A DNA stretch of 64,000 nucleotides from Ruditapes philippinarum (taxonomy: Eukaryota), in contig NW_026860568.1 in the NCBI RefSeq assembly GCF_026571515.1, forward strand, positions 62,001 to 126,000. Reading direction: 5' to 3'. Positions within the stretch are counted from its first letter, which is position 1. Each line of letters starts with the position of its first letter. Below are positions 1 through 13,269 of this stretch, piece by piece. Below the pieces are notes generated by a model that worked only from the letters and a program-made list of their open reading frames with translations, ran no database searches and had not been told where the DNA came from. The position numbers were made by a program, and so were the translations under genes.

Positions 1-33
1 TGATTTTTACAAATACATTATTAAGCTTATTAA

Positions 34-657
34 CCCTTTCCCCTATGAGCATATTGTGAAAAATGGCCATTTTTACTGAAAAGCCTCCTCTTACAAGTTC
101 AAACTGCTATGAAACTATGAAAAATGCTTCAATACTAATCAAACTTTGCACAAATGTTGACTGGACCATTGCCTTTGTGACGACATGCTCAGTCTTAAAT
201 TTCCTGTTACCATGGCAACAAGGGGACATCTCAAAATTGCCAAAAATCACTATTTTGCCTCGATTTTTTCCATCAAAATTTATTTCAAAGTGCTGCAACT
301 TCTCAAGGGATTGATATAGAGTCAAAGGCTTTTCAGCGTTGGTTACACGTTATATTATGATCGACCTGGGGTCATTTTTAGCCTCTCACAAGTCCAAAAT
401 TTTCTTGGCGATGAGGGGGACTCCGCCCCCCTTCAAACCCCCCCTAACAGAAGGGGGCACATCCCCCTTCTGGCAACCCCCTGATGTATCTTTTGGATGG
501 GGGGCGGCGCCGAAAAAGTGCTCAATTTTTTGACCAACATTTCTCAAACGAAAACATGTGTTTGGGGCCCAAATAGGACATTTTTTCACTATTTGAGGCC
601 TAAAAAAAGGGGGGGGGGTCGAAAATGCGTTGTTTCGCGTATATATGTGGTAAAGGG
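34..657. mobile_element. piggyBac-type non-autonomous element (MITE), copy 1
   Basis: TTAA at 30-33 and 658-661 flanking CCCTTT...AAAGGG termini with imperfect TIRs; near-identical to 784-1406. TTAA TSD plus CCC/GGG ends is the piggyBac signature. Confidence 0.8.
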
Positions 658-783
658 TTAACAAAAAATGATGAAAAACTTTGGAATCACCTAAAAACTA
701 GTTTTTCCATGTTAAAATGTGGTCTTTCACCTAATTTTGGTGAAATATTGTTGTTTTGTAACATTTATAATTTTTTTAGTTAA

Positions 784-1406
784 CCCTTTCCCCCATGAGC
801 ATATTGTGAAAAATGGCCATTTTTACTGAAAAGCCTCCTCTTACAAGTTCAAACTGCTATGAAACTATGAAAAATGCTTCAATACTAATCAAACTTTGCA
901 CAAATGTTGACTGGACCATTGCCTTTGTGACGACATGCTCAGTCTTAAATTTCCTGTTACCATGGCAACAAGGGGACATCTCAAAATTGCCAAAAATCAC
1001 TATTTTGCCTCGATTTTTTTCATCAAAATTTATTTCAAAGTGCTGCAACTTCTCAAGGGATTGATATAGAGTCAAAGGCTTTTCAGCGTTGGTTACACGT
1101 TATATTATGATCGACCTGGGGTCATTTTTAGCCTCTCACAAGTCCAAAATTTTCTTGGCGATGAGGGGGACTCCGCCCCCCTTCAAACCCCCCCTAACAG
1201 AAGGGGGCACATCCCCCTTCTGGCAACCCCCTGATGTATCTTTTGGATGGGGGGCGGCGCCGAAAAAGTGCTCAATTTTTTGACCAACATTTCTCAAACG
1301 AAAACATGTGTTTGGGGCCCAAATAGGACATTTTTTCACTATTTGAGGCCTAAAAAGGGGGGGGGGGTCGAAAATGCGTTGTTTCGCGTATATATGTGGT
1401 AACGGG
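784..1406. mobile_element. piggyBac-type non-autonomous element (MITE), copy 2
   Basis: TTAA at 780-783 and 1407-1410; CCCTTT...AACGGG ends; differs from copy 1 by only a few bases. Confidence 0.8.
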
Positions 1407-2083
1407 TTAACAAACTTTGGTATTTTGTAACGTCCGCCAGAGGCTTTTTTTATGGGAAATCTTACATACTTCTTCGATACCCCACAATTCCCTCTTTACC
1501 CCCAGTGAGAATTTTACATTATTCTGAAGCTCCGCTCTTAATGTGCGACTACTAAAATAATTGATATTTTTAGTACTGCCTGTACGGACTACTACTTAAA
1601 GCCGGATCTACACCTAGTCAAGATTCTTATATGTCACATTTAGCTAAATAAATGGCTCTTTCAACATATTATCAGGCACATTTTTTTTTTACTGAAACGT
1701 CTTTCTAAAATTTCCCAGAAGTTATACCTTTGTCTATGCTAAGACTATCATATTTCTATAAAATGTGACTAAATTAAATAAAAAACGGGAAAATAATGCA
1801 TTTAGCTAAAAACAATGGAGTTAATGAAAGGTGTACATTCTTTTAAAATAAATGGAAAATTTGAGAAAAATATTTTTAGCTTAATAATTGATACAAATTC
1901 TTTATTTGGTGATTTATGTGGTGAAAGTTCTTCACTTACTAATCAAGACCATTTAAATCCCTATTCATTCTACTATAATTCAGGGCACATGTTTGTGTCT
2001 ATTGAATACCTTGATTTTTTGTTTTTACCATTGGCTTTGGCTACAATATATTATTTAAAACATAATGAACTTTAATTTTCTAT

Positions 2084-2262
2084 GACCCCAAAGTGCGGTC
2101 GTTTGCCTGATGTTAAAAAATTCATATGTACCTGTTTAACGCACTTTGGGGTCGAAATTGGACCCCAAAGTGCGTAACGCACTCTGGGGTCGGACCCCAA
2201 AGTACGTAACGCACTTTGGGGTTTAACCCCAAAGTGCGTTTGACCCCAAAGTGCGGTGTTAC
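2084..2262. repeat. Array of 8 direct/inverted copies of the 14-bp motif GACCCCAAAGTGCG; probable transposon subterminal repeats
   Basis: Copies near 2084(+), 2140(-), 2161(+), 2178(-), 2193(+), 2210(-), 2226(+), 2242(+), forming palindromes such as GACCCCAAAGTGCG-TAA-CGCACTCTGGGGTC. Confidence 0.7.
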
Positions 2263-3271
2263 AGAGCTGCATGAACAAATAAGTCGAAATTGTTATTCAT
2301 TTTCGATTATTTATCAGTTGTGCAGTATGTAACGTATATAAATATTGTGATTTCAATATGATTACTTCGTAACCAGTATACATTGTATCGATATTTATAC
2401 AGTATATAATAAAAGTATAATTATTATGATTAAGATAAAAGATCTTTATGGGTTAATCACAATAAAATATCATAATTTCTGAGCTATCATAACAAAGTCT
2501 TTAATTGTTGGCAAGATTATCAGTACAAAATAGTAACAAAAGTCAAATATAACAATCTTTGCTGTATAATTTGTTAAGAAAACGGATTAAATCAAAGTTA
2601 AATGGGTCATTTACTGTAAATATTAGTGTAAAATATTTACATAGGATTAACTGCTAAAGTAAACGTTATTCTAATTTAATCTTATCTAAATCACTTATTA
2701 CTTATGTATTACTTTTGTGTTTATTTATTTATTATAAAAAATGATGAATTTATTAGTGTATTATTTAAGATTTCCTGTTAGTAAAGCTTATGATATTCAT
2801 GTATTTTTGACAAGAAATTGTTTTGTGGGTTTAAAAAGTAGGGTTGTAAACTGTAATGTGAAGAAACGATGCTTCCAGCGTACCCACTCATATAATTACT
2901 GAACACCTTAATTAGATCGTACTACGCCAGTAGCGTAGAAGTTTGAGACTTTAGAAAAAATAACAATAAAAATGTAGGAATGAAGTCCGTATTTTAATAT
3001 GGTGTACTGTATTGGCTTATTGTGTTTTCTACTGACTATAAGATTTCAATGTCGAGTTGGCAAAAAGTTATAGCATGATAAGTGTCGTTGTGTATTCATG
3101 TTTTTTTAAACATCAAAAAGCTCTTTTTAAACATATTTTTGGTAATGTTTCAATTAATAATTGCAGGATTTTCGCTATAAGAGATTGTTCCAAACTATGC
3201 GTTGATAGCAGGGTTATAAGTATACCTAATGGGAATTATTTGTCTTATATTAAAATTGTCGTTTTTTTCAG

Positions 3272-4592
3272 ATGATGACTGCATAACGTTCGATGAATTC
3301 TTCCCGTTTTTAAAAAGTCTTAAAGATCCATCTGGAGAGCTAATGGACGCATTTAGACTTCATGATAAGAATGGAGATGGTTTTCTTGACGAAAAGGAAC
3401 TAAAAGGTAAATCTTACGTGTTTATTAAGATAATATGTTATAACATATATATTTTTTTCATAACTTTTTATAAAGTAGAAATTATTGGAATAATTTGTGC
3501 AAACGTTATTTGTAAAACGAAAAGAAATTTATGATTTTTGCAAAGCTGTTCAACATGGAATGGTTTTCATTTCAGCCATTTTTACCAGTGGAAATTTCAA
3601 CCCAAATGAGATTGATGATTTATTCAAACTAGTAGATTCAAACAACGACGGTAAAATTGAGTTCAAAGGTAATAAAATTTCCAGGGTTTGCTGTTCATTT
3701 TCATATTTATTACAGTACAAATATTAACAACATTAAAATCGTCATCGGATACAGCCCGTAACGCCGGAGTTTGACAGAAGTGGAGAAATTGTGCAAAAGT
3801 AACACCGAGTTGTACAAACATATTGCTGAAACGAGCAACAAGTAAACGAAATAATATGGTTCTAAACTAATTAAATTGAAAGAAATGAATAAACGCACCC
3901 GGCTGGTAAGCCATTACATGTTAAACATCAATACAAATACTTCAAGAAAATCGTTAATTTTCATGATGATTCGTTAAAATGACGACAAGGCTGTAGTATG
4001 CGTTTCGTTGAATAACTCATATGCGGTATACCTGAGACATTTGCCGACATTCTGTTTATAAAATATTATAATTCAGACATTTTATGCCGTAACGCTTAAA
4101 CATGTAAACGTCGCCTACAATAAGATAGTTAGGTCGTCATTTTCACGATTGATTTTGAAAGCAATCACTTCTTTGAACATTTTGTAATGAGGGTTAACAT
4201 AAAATGTCTACTAATAAAGTGATATATTTCCATTTGATTTACGATATATAAGATATTTGTCTGTTAAATTGCGTGCTTTACACAAGCACAGTTCGGCGGC
4301 GTTACTTTTCTATGGCTGCTGCGTTATTCTCACATCCTTATTCGTTCCGGGATATATACGGTGCTTAATGTACTTGAAGAAAATATATTTTTAATTGTTT
4401 GTGACATTATCTTCTATAATTGATAGACATTTGATAGATAAGTGAATATAGATTGTGTTTTAAGAGATTCTTTAAAAGATTTCATATATGATAATATCAT
4501 TTTTATTGTTCACTATAATAAACAGACAGTCCTAAATTTAAACATGTTTTTCCTTTTCAGAATTTGTCGAACTTTTCACAGAAATGATGTGA
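3272..4592 (+). CDS. Calmodulin-like EF-hand protein 1 (3' part; 5' exons not found, probably upstream of the window)
   Basis: Exons 3272-3406, 3576-3668, 4561-4592 with GT-AG junctions give ...DDCITFDEFFPFLKSLKDPSGELMDAFRLHDKNGDGFLDEKELKAIFTSGNFNPNEIDDLFKLVDSNNDGKIEFKEFVELFTEMM*; canonical EF3 and EF4 loops; closest to gene 2. Confidence 0.88.
3740..4340. mobile_element. Degraded foldback (MITE-like) element in the last intron of gene 1
   Basis: Nested imperfect inverted matches: AAAAGTAACACCGAG (~3795) vs TTCGGCGGCGTTACTTTT (~4292); TCGTTAAAATGACGAC (~3971) vs GTCGTCATTTTCACGA (~4133). Confidence 0.45.
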
Positions 4593-7500
4593 AGCAGGCA
4601 TGACATAGTTAACCAGATCGCAAACATAACTTTTCAAACACGCAATACGTGAATACATTCATCAGCCGTTCATACGTTCACCGCCAGTTGATAATAATAA
4701 CTACTCACTGATATTCCCCAATCCTGTCATCACTTAAAAAAACTAAATCTTTGTGTGTGCCTGAGCAACTTTCGAAAGTTTCTTCTGGACGTTGAGAAAT
4801 TTATTTTGTAAATAAATGGAAAGCGCACGACATTTAAGACAATATTTGATATTATAGAAGAAAATGAAGCTTTATTCTTTCATAAATCTCACAATACACA
4901 ATTAACAAAGCCATTATAGCTCATAGTCACATTTTGGTATATACCCTTATGAATTAATAGTACCATTAGTCAACAGTAAATCTGTCAATAAAGTAAACAA
5001 AATATATGTAAAAATAGTAAGATGCAAGAAACAAGATACACTACTCTTACAAGATTTAAATGCATTTGATTCGTAATTACTTCCCTTACATTTCAAAATA
5101 TCTAATACAAAAGAATATGTCTGAGACTCGTTCCTAAAAAATGTGACTGTTTTAAAAATGTTTTTGTTCATAATTGAATCTTAAATGTTTATTAAGATCC
5201 ATATAAAATATAAACTAAGTATAAAACATTATTTTGCATCTTCTTATTTTTGGTATTATTTGTATAAACAATGTTCCAACATGTCAGTACCTATTTACGT
5301 ACGCACGTAAAACGGTTAACGGTGATTAGGTCAAAAGATATCTGGTAAATAATTTTTTAGATTTCCTTCATGAACCTGTTCTCTGGTAAATTTTCCTATA
5401 AATTTTATTTGAAAAATAGTACTAGCACGATTATATGTGCAATATTACGACTATGTGCATTTGTATCTTATTATTTGTAATGGCATAATAATATTACAAT
5501 TGTTAAGTCTGAATTTGAGTTTCTCTCCAGTTTTGTTATTTACGTACTTCATATTTTTTTAAATATATTTAAATGAACATTTTATTGAAAAGGAGTGAGT
5601 GTGTTTTTGTTGTTTTTCCCCCTGCTTATTGCATTGCATGTTGTCGTTTTCCTCGACTTATATGCAGCATTTCCTAAAACCTTGTATAAAACAATGTGTC
5701 CAGATTTTCTACCAAGTTGAACTCTGATTGATTTTAAAATCTTACTTTGAGCCAGAACGACTGCATACTGTTTTACTTTACTATCCTTTTCAAGAACAAG
5801 GTTAATAAAACTGACTCGTGAATATTTTCTATTTAACTTTAATTATCTTACCAGCGTAATGATAAGTTTCTGTGTTATAGGGGTAATGAAAGAAGAAATG
5901 TTTTCATCTTTTTATATTTTTAATGCAAGTTATATTACAACTGATATTTATAACAACGAATTTTACTTTTTGTTAGATCTATCTGAATTTTATTCATAAA
6001 ATAAAAAGTAATACCGGTCTTATTGTTTCAAAAATTCGGGAGTCAAATGCTAAACATGTTATAGCGAGGCCAAGTGTCTATTGTCTGTAAGTGAACGGTG
6101 GTAGTTACCCTTCGGTCACGGGTCAGGTGGTCAATTTGTGCATCCCTAGCAAGGTACAAGCGAATAGCCGTGGAAAGGATTTCATAATCAATCACACCAA
6201 AATGTCACCTGCACCGTCCGGGGATTCGAAACCGGGTCGCCCGTTCTCTGTTTAAGATAGTAACCTCATTATATTACACACGAAAATTGACACGTATATT
6301 CACACATTTGCATTTTTCCGACAGATGGGTAGAGCAAAGTATAGTTTGCAATAAAATATACAGAGATGAATTGTACAAAAATAGAAAACTTTGCCTGAGA
6401 AGTACTTAAAATTGTTATTATTCAAGCTTCAATAGTGTATACGTTTCAGAACTGAAAACAAATTTTCTTGTCGACCTTTCAAAAGGATTTCTACAGGGCA
6501 TGTTAAATTTAGTCATATAGTTTGGTTTCTTTTCGTTGTAACAAAACTGACAATGTGAAACTAAGCTTAACTTATACTTCATTAGTCTTTGAATTTGTGT
6601 AATGGATTTGCGTTGTTCGTATAAATAGTCCAAAATATTGCCAACAGTTAAGAGCCTGATCAGACTGATCCAGTGTACAGGCTGACTAGACGCTGGGCTA
6701 GCATAACCACCCTTACCCCCCCCCCCCGGGTATTTATGTACACCTTTATAGTATTGAAGCTTAGGGTATGTGCTATCAATTGGCACTTGTTGTTTAGCTG
6801 AAACGTTTACCATGAGAACAAGTTGATTATCACCCCTTGTATCATATTTTTTCTATATAAGTTTTATAAGAGTTCTTCAGATATCTTCTCTATGATATTT
6901 GAAGTTTGTGATCTAAACATTGTTTTGAGTTGTAAATATATGTTTTATGATTTATACAAAAAGTTTTAAGTTTTAACATAAAAATAACATAATTAATGGT
7001 GTCCGCCATTTTAAAATGGCCGCCAATTATTGAACAGATAAACAATTCATAACAATATTTAATGTGTTTATACCCATTTATAAATAGTTTGATGTCATTA
7101 TTAATTATATATGATATGCTTAGTGAAACTAACTCTATGCTGGGTAGAATTTTAAATAGTCTGCTCTTGAATATTATTTCAATTTTATAGAGATATGAAC
7201 ATAATTGTTTGGGGTCGATTTGAGCTGCCTTTAGAGTTCGATATACATGTACTTTTAATTGAATTTCATGCGAATATTGACTTTTTGTCCTCTCTAGAAA
7301 CTTAATATACTCTCACTTATATGAAATACAATTTAAAAAGTTGGTAGTTGACTTATCCGTTCGTTCCTGCTTCTGTATCTTCATATGACTATATTGAATT
7401 GTAAAGCTTACCCGCACCAAAATGACTATTTGACAGAAAGGCTGCTCGTTGAGTTCCACCAAAGGAAACTGTTCTTACTCTTATTTTATTTAGTTGGTAG

Positions 7501-7753
7501 TTTTTCATTATTATTATTATAATAATAATTGAGATTAATGCATTACATTTCATTATCATTGTTACTCCCCTTTAAAAAACATTATAAAGTTACTTCCCCT
7601 ATTTTCATTGCGCCATTAGAAAAAAAGCAGAAGTACAATAGTATGCTTCTCCCTTAAAATCAATTGTTTTATAGTGATTTTGTTGATAAAATCTTTTTTG
7701 AAATGCAACACAGCATATGACAGCATAAGACACTGATGAATCATTTCGGACAT

Positions 7754-7893
7754 TGTCAGTCATACTCTCAGATTTTGGAGTTGGAAACTGTGTAACAGTA
7801 CCCTTTATCAGGACATTATTCTCGTGTCAGTCATACTCTCAGATTTTGGAGTTGGAAACTGTGTAACAGTACCCTTTATCAGGACATTATTCT
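7754..7893. repeat. 71-bp tandem duplication inside the Academ-like element
   Basis: TGTCAGTCATACTCTCAGATTTTGGAGTTGG...GGACATTATTCTC at 7754 and 7825. Confidence 0.9.
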
Positions 7894-7899
7894 CCCTGA

Positions 7900-10800
7900 T
7901 GCAAATTTTGCAAAAAGCAATTTGATAGCACATTTGTGCTGGGACCATTTCCATCTCATCCGTCTAAATAACAACCCATACTGCACTTCAAGAAAGAGAA
8001 CAGCCGTAAGATGATGACACTAAAAGAGAACAAACATCTTCTAATATATCAAATATACAGGCGACTAAGGCACGCACTGTTAAATACAAACCTGAAGAAT
8101 TGGCTAAATGCTTAATTATTGGGAAATAAGAACCATTTATCAATACTTTTCGACAAAGGAAATGTTTCGGGTTTTGCTGTTTCATCTGACTTTCTATGGT
8201 TCATGTGTACATGACAAGCAGATTGTTCTAAGTTGGGCTGGCTGGATCTCTCTTATTATAAACATCTGAGTTGCAAGATCAAACATCCTCTATAGAAGAG
8301 CACATTTATACCAATGTACTTTATTGCCCAAAGTACAAAAAATGCCAATGTTCAGAAAATTCTAGAAATTTCAAGTGTTTCAAGAGCTGTAAACCAACAG
8401 TACACATTTGTGACCTTTGATTTCGCTGCTGCTAAAAGGCATATTCTTTAGTATGGAAAATCCAACTAAGTACAGTGATACTATCAAACATTTAGGGGCT
8501 TTTCGCTTGCTAGGTTAATACCTAGGGGGGATTGGCAAACGGCATCGTGGAAGTCGTTTCTCAGAAATCTGATAGAGAAGAGTAAATGTGTTAATGTGTT
8601 CACAGTTGAAGCTCTCGAAAGACTGCTTTTGAAGATTTTGTAGCAGCAGTTATCCAAATCCATAACTCTAGTGCATTGGAAGATATTAACCAAGCGTTAA
8701 ATGTGCTAGCTGAGAATCAAAGACGTGAACACCTTGTAGATGTGTTAGCTAATGATTCTGTTTTTGAACTTTACAAGAGGTATCAAGAGTTCAAGGAAGA
8801 CTTCGGAAAAGGTCACTTAGGGAAGACGGCACAGTTTTGAATGGATCTATTGTTAACATTTGGCTGGTTCTTTGTTTTATGAGAGCAACGAAGGAAAACG
8901 ATCTTGACCTATACATATCAACATTATAAAATATGCTACAATTATTCTTTGCATATGATCATCAAAACTATGCAAAATATCTATCTGTATATGTTCTTAT
9001 GCAACACACCCAGGATCAAGAGAGCTTATTCAAAAATTCTGTAAATATAACTATTTAGCAAAAAATATACATTCATGCAAAGTCTCGTAGAGGCATAATA
9101 GGATTCAGGAGAAACTTTGCTGCCTACTACAGATGGAGTCAAACACAACACTCGAGATCCAGCTATGTTGAGGCTACATTCCGCATGGCCGGCATATCTT
9201 CAGTGGATTATTCTACACACATTGATACACAATTAGCAAATATAGCTGCATTTGAAAAAAAAATGTCACGAAACTCAAAGAATCAATAACTAACTTTATG
9301 AATCCATTTGTTACAGATAATAGGGATGTGTTGTTCTGTTTCAGTTCAGGGGCTCCTGCACCAGAACAGATCGAAAAGAGTCTGCTTGATGCCTATCGAA
9401 ATGGACTTGAGGCACACAAAAAGCTCGCCCAAGAACCTCTGGTTGATAAAACTGTTAGTTTTATGCGCCACTGAAGAAGCAAAACTGAAAAACCTTTGCC
9501 GATACAAAGAAAGTTAAGAAAGTGACATAAACTCAGAACAATCTTATCGAAGTTAAGATCGCTGGCAATGTCTTCGGTCAGCTTATCATGCTATCAGAAG
9601 GAAATGACATTATCCTTAAAAAGATACTAACGTACCCGCTTGGACCAGTCCCTTGGTCTCTAGCTTCAGCAGATGGCTTACCAACAAAGACTGCCAAGGC
9701 AAAACTAATTCATGATCTCGAAGGCGATTATACAATGAACAGAGGCCAGGTAACAAAAACATAATATACATATATCTTGAAGCACTTTCTTGTCTCCCTT
9801 CAACCTTTTAATACGCGCTGAAAAAGATTTTGAGATTTTGCCAAAATGTGTGCGTGCAGACTTTGTGACAGATACGTACAAAGCAGAATTTATCAAATCT
9901 GCAGAAAGGTCATGAAGAGGAATGAGTGATACATACCTGATAAAATGCAGCAAAACCAAAGTTTTGGTAAACTGGAAAGGTTTTTTTGTAATAATAATAA
10001 AAATAAGAAACAATTGATAAGATTTATATTACAGGAATTGTCTAAAGTTAAATCATATGCAGGGAAATTGGACGGAAGGAGAATCTTGTGCTTATTTGTT
10101 TGTTTGTTTGTTTGTTTCATTTTACGCCTTTACCCAACAGTATTTCAGTCATATAGGCGGGTAGTTTCTTAACCATCGTTCCTAGAGAGATACACCAATA
10201 CTAGACTACCTTCCTCCGTGCTAAACTACCAAAGCATCTCCCGGGGATCAAACCCAGACATGTGTATTCCTCCAATGTAAAGACGGAAAAGTAGAAGTAA
10301 TACCAGATCTACATACGTCTCAGGAGGAAGAATTATGCTACATATGCAACATGCGACTAAAAATGATGACAAAGCAATAATTGTACTTTCTCCTGATACT
10401 AATGTTATGGTATTACTTCTAACGTAAGCACAGTCTATCAACAGTTTAATACTATTTGACACAGGTGTGGCTAATAATAGAAGACTGTTTGAAGTAAATA
10501 AAATCATTGATAGACTAGGACAAGATCTTTGCAAAGCATTGATTGGGCTACTTAGTTTCACTGGATCTGATACCACGAGCCTTTTTTATGAGGAGGGGGG
10601 AATAATAACCAGTTCTCAAGAGAATGGGCAAGAGTGTTGATATTCAAGAATAAGATTTCAAAATTTTAGAACAGTTTGTTTGCATTTTATACAGGAAAGA
10701 CAAATAAAGTGTCATAAATAAGTTGCGCGTTGACATTTTCAGACAAAAGTTTAGACCAAATGCAGACATACTTACAATTACCTATGTTATTGACTTGCGT

Positions 10801-11130
10801 TCAATACCTGTTACCACCATATCTTTCCACATTAAAGATGCATATTATTTTTAGATCAAATTACCAAGTATTTGTGTGGTGAAATGCATTTTGTCAATTC
10901 CCAACTATTCCAAGTCCTGATAGATATGGGTGGAATACTAGTACAACCGGAGGTCTCACATATACATTGTACCTGGACAGAGGGAAATATACTACCACCA
11001 GAATTAATTGAAATCATAGCTAATACGAATGCAAGTGAAGTGTTAGAAGATGATTAAAATGAAGAAGGTGATCTAGAGGAAATTGAGATGGAAATGTATA
11101 TTGATGTCATTTTCGAAGAAGATTTCGAGT
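7900..11130 (+). pseudogene. Disrupted transposase/XPG-like nuclease ORF of the Academ-like element
   Basis: Motif remnants at ~8410, ~8945, ~9632, ~10389 and ~10554 (FTGSDTTS resembles the FTGCDTTS H3TH motif) lie in different frames with many stops; boundaries approximate. Confidence 0.65.
10090..10255 (-). mobile_element. Truncated SINE-like insertion within the Academ-like ORF
   Basis: (TTTG)n tail followed by TTACGCC...CAACAGTATTTCAGTCATAT, interrupting the coding remnants; same layout as other SINE 3' ends in the window. Confidence 0.45.
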
Positions 11131-12180
11131 AATAATTAATATGTGACTAAAAAGTTATTTTGGAAAAAGGGGGGGGGGGGTAATTTATATCCTTAAATAG
11201 CATTATAAATAAACCAAATTGAACATCAAAAAGTATATTTAACTTCTATAATATTTATACAAACAATTTTTTTATAATTAAGAAATGTTTTGCTTTTTTT
11301 CAAACAAAACCACAAAGTTTATATTAAAATGTTAATAAAATAACAGGCAAATGGCGGCCATTTTGAATTTCGCGGCCATTTTGAAAAGTAATAACATCAA
11401 TTAATTATGAAGTAAATCATTTTAGAAACCTTGTCTATGATCTAAAACAAAAACCGACCACATAATTCATTTGGTTAAAAAATTAATGGTTATTTCAATT
11501 AGGATGTTTATTAAGAAATTGTGACAGGGGCAGATAATTCACATTGGCTTGTGTCTTAATGGTAAACGTTTCAGTCAGACAACAACTTGCAAATGTCCTC
11601 CTATATGTTTATTTTTAAAACTACATGGGTCCCATAAAGTACCCAGAGGGGATAACCTTTTCCATTTCTAGCTCATACTCTAGAATTGGAACTTGACTTG
11701 TGACAAAATCCAGTCACTTTTGGTTTTGGTTCCTGCATGTTAGGGAATTTTAAACTTCTCTGTTTGTACTGAATTATTGATTCGTTTTGCACTAGTAAAC
11801 ACATTTTTTATGGTTACAAATATAATTAATACTAAATCCATTTAACAATTTCACAACTTACTTACTTTATAATTAAACAGCATGTTTTGAAGTTTCCGGC
11901 ATTATCTGACATTCGGGATTTTACAATGTGTCAGGGTTAAATCGTATACATATACATGCACAGTGCGTTAACTGGAGTGCGGGTATTAGTTACCCGCACT
12001 GCAGAGCGTGCCCATTGATTGGCTCATTTTTGCTGGGGTTTACATATTGTGACGGCAGAGAAAGGAAAAGCGACAGAAATATCATATTCAGATGTTCGTT
12101 CATTGGTTCATTTTTGCCGGGGTTTCATATTGTGACAACAGGGAACGTGTTTTTATGTTTGACTATGATACAAAAGAGAA

Positions 12181-12270
12181 AAAACACCAAAACACTCGGT
12201 AATCTGATTAATACTCGGGGGCTACGCCCCCGAGTACAAATCAGATAACCTCGTGTTTCGGTGCTCTTTC
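12181..12270. repeat. Long hairpin centred on CTCGGGGGCTACGCCCCCGAG (probable non-autonomous element)
   Basis: Arms ACACTCGGTAATCTGATT..TACTCGGGGG / CCCCCGAGTA..AATCAGATAACCTCGTGT; an upstream ~100-bp-spaced duplication lies at 12010-12140. Confidence 0.6.
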
Positions 12271-13151
12271 TATTACATAACCTTAAAATGATTCCCACCC
12301 TGTAATCAGACTTAGTGATAAAATATGTTCGTAATGATCCATTCTTACACGCTTCACATTATCTAAGGAAAAGCACAAAGTACTGAGGACATCATAGCAA
12401 TACAGTACCGGTCAGTGAGCTGGCAAACATCCGAGGGTTGAGGCCCGTTCAATGCTTTGGGCTGACTGGGAGGTCTGCGTCGTAGAACGATAATGCACGG
12501 TTTATCGGACAAATGTTTTGTAAATATTTTAATATTGGCCTTTGTGATTATACTCCTGCACATTTAAACTCGAAACATGTTCTGTTCTACAACAACTTAC
12601 TCAAAATTAATATCTATTTCCTTAATAAAAGTTCAACTTTAAACTATATTTCGCACTTGCATATGTTAAAAGCGTAATTATCAACAAAAAAAGAATTTCA
12701 AAGTAAACTTACAATAAGTGTTTAGATCTACGCTAAACGTTGAAGCTTTCAAGTGAAAATAATGTATCAAAGCTCGCATAATATATTCAAAAGGTATGAT
12801 ACATATCATAGTAATAATTAAAATACATAAATAAAAAATAAATAAATTTCGTTAAATTTCTATCATTAATATTCTTAACCACGTTCTGCTTGCACTTGCA
12901 TTTTGAGAATCATCAATTACTCCACGGTTGCCAAAACTAATCAATATTGATCATCGATCAATCTTGACTGAAAGTAAAATTTAATAAATGAATTATTTGA
13001 AAATTATTCACTCATCAATTTAGTTCGTATACAGCACTGCGTAAATTATGTATCCGTTACAGATAAGTGTATACATTTTGATACAGTTAAGTATTCTTTA
13101 AAGAATTTATCAAAACATTCATTCACACAGGTTTAGAGACTACATTAAATA

Positions 13152-13269
13152 TATAAAACTACTGTCACTTTTTAATATCATTCCACAACTTCGATCATTA
13201 GAAAAAATATAAGCGGACTAGTAAGGATATAAAATAAAAGTGTAAAGACTATTTAGATTTTTTAAAAAG
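13152..13269 (+). promoter_or_regulatory. Candidate TATA box and non-coding first exon of gene 2
   Basis: TATAAAA at 13152-13158; donor AAG|GTAAAT at 13269/13270 resembles the ATG|GTAAAA donor of gene 3. TATA motifs are weak evidence in AT-rich DNA. Confidence 0.35.

Larger units (their letters stand above)
6687..11682 (+). mobile_element. Decayed Academ-like (AcademX, XPG/FEN-domain) DNA transposon
   Basis: Ends TAGACGCTGGGCTAG / CTAGCTCATACTCTA; long imperfect inverted arms (CTGAAACGTTTACCAT ~6798 vs ATGGTAAACGTTTCAG ~11559; AAAATGGCCGCC ~7013 vs GGCGGCCATTTT ~11353). Frameshifted coding remnants VTFDFAAAK, FFAYDHQNYAKYL, YPLGPVPWSLASADG, SPDTNV, SFTGSDTTS. 3-bp flanks GAC/GAA. Confidence 0.72.

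Noticed and set aside
63-1339. Duplicated short ORFs as a small gene pair
   Set aside because: They lie wholly inside two copies of a non-autonomous MITE and show no recognisable domain.
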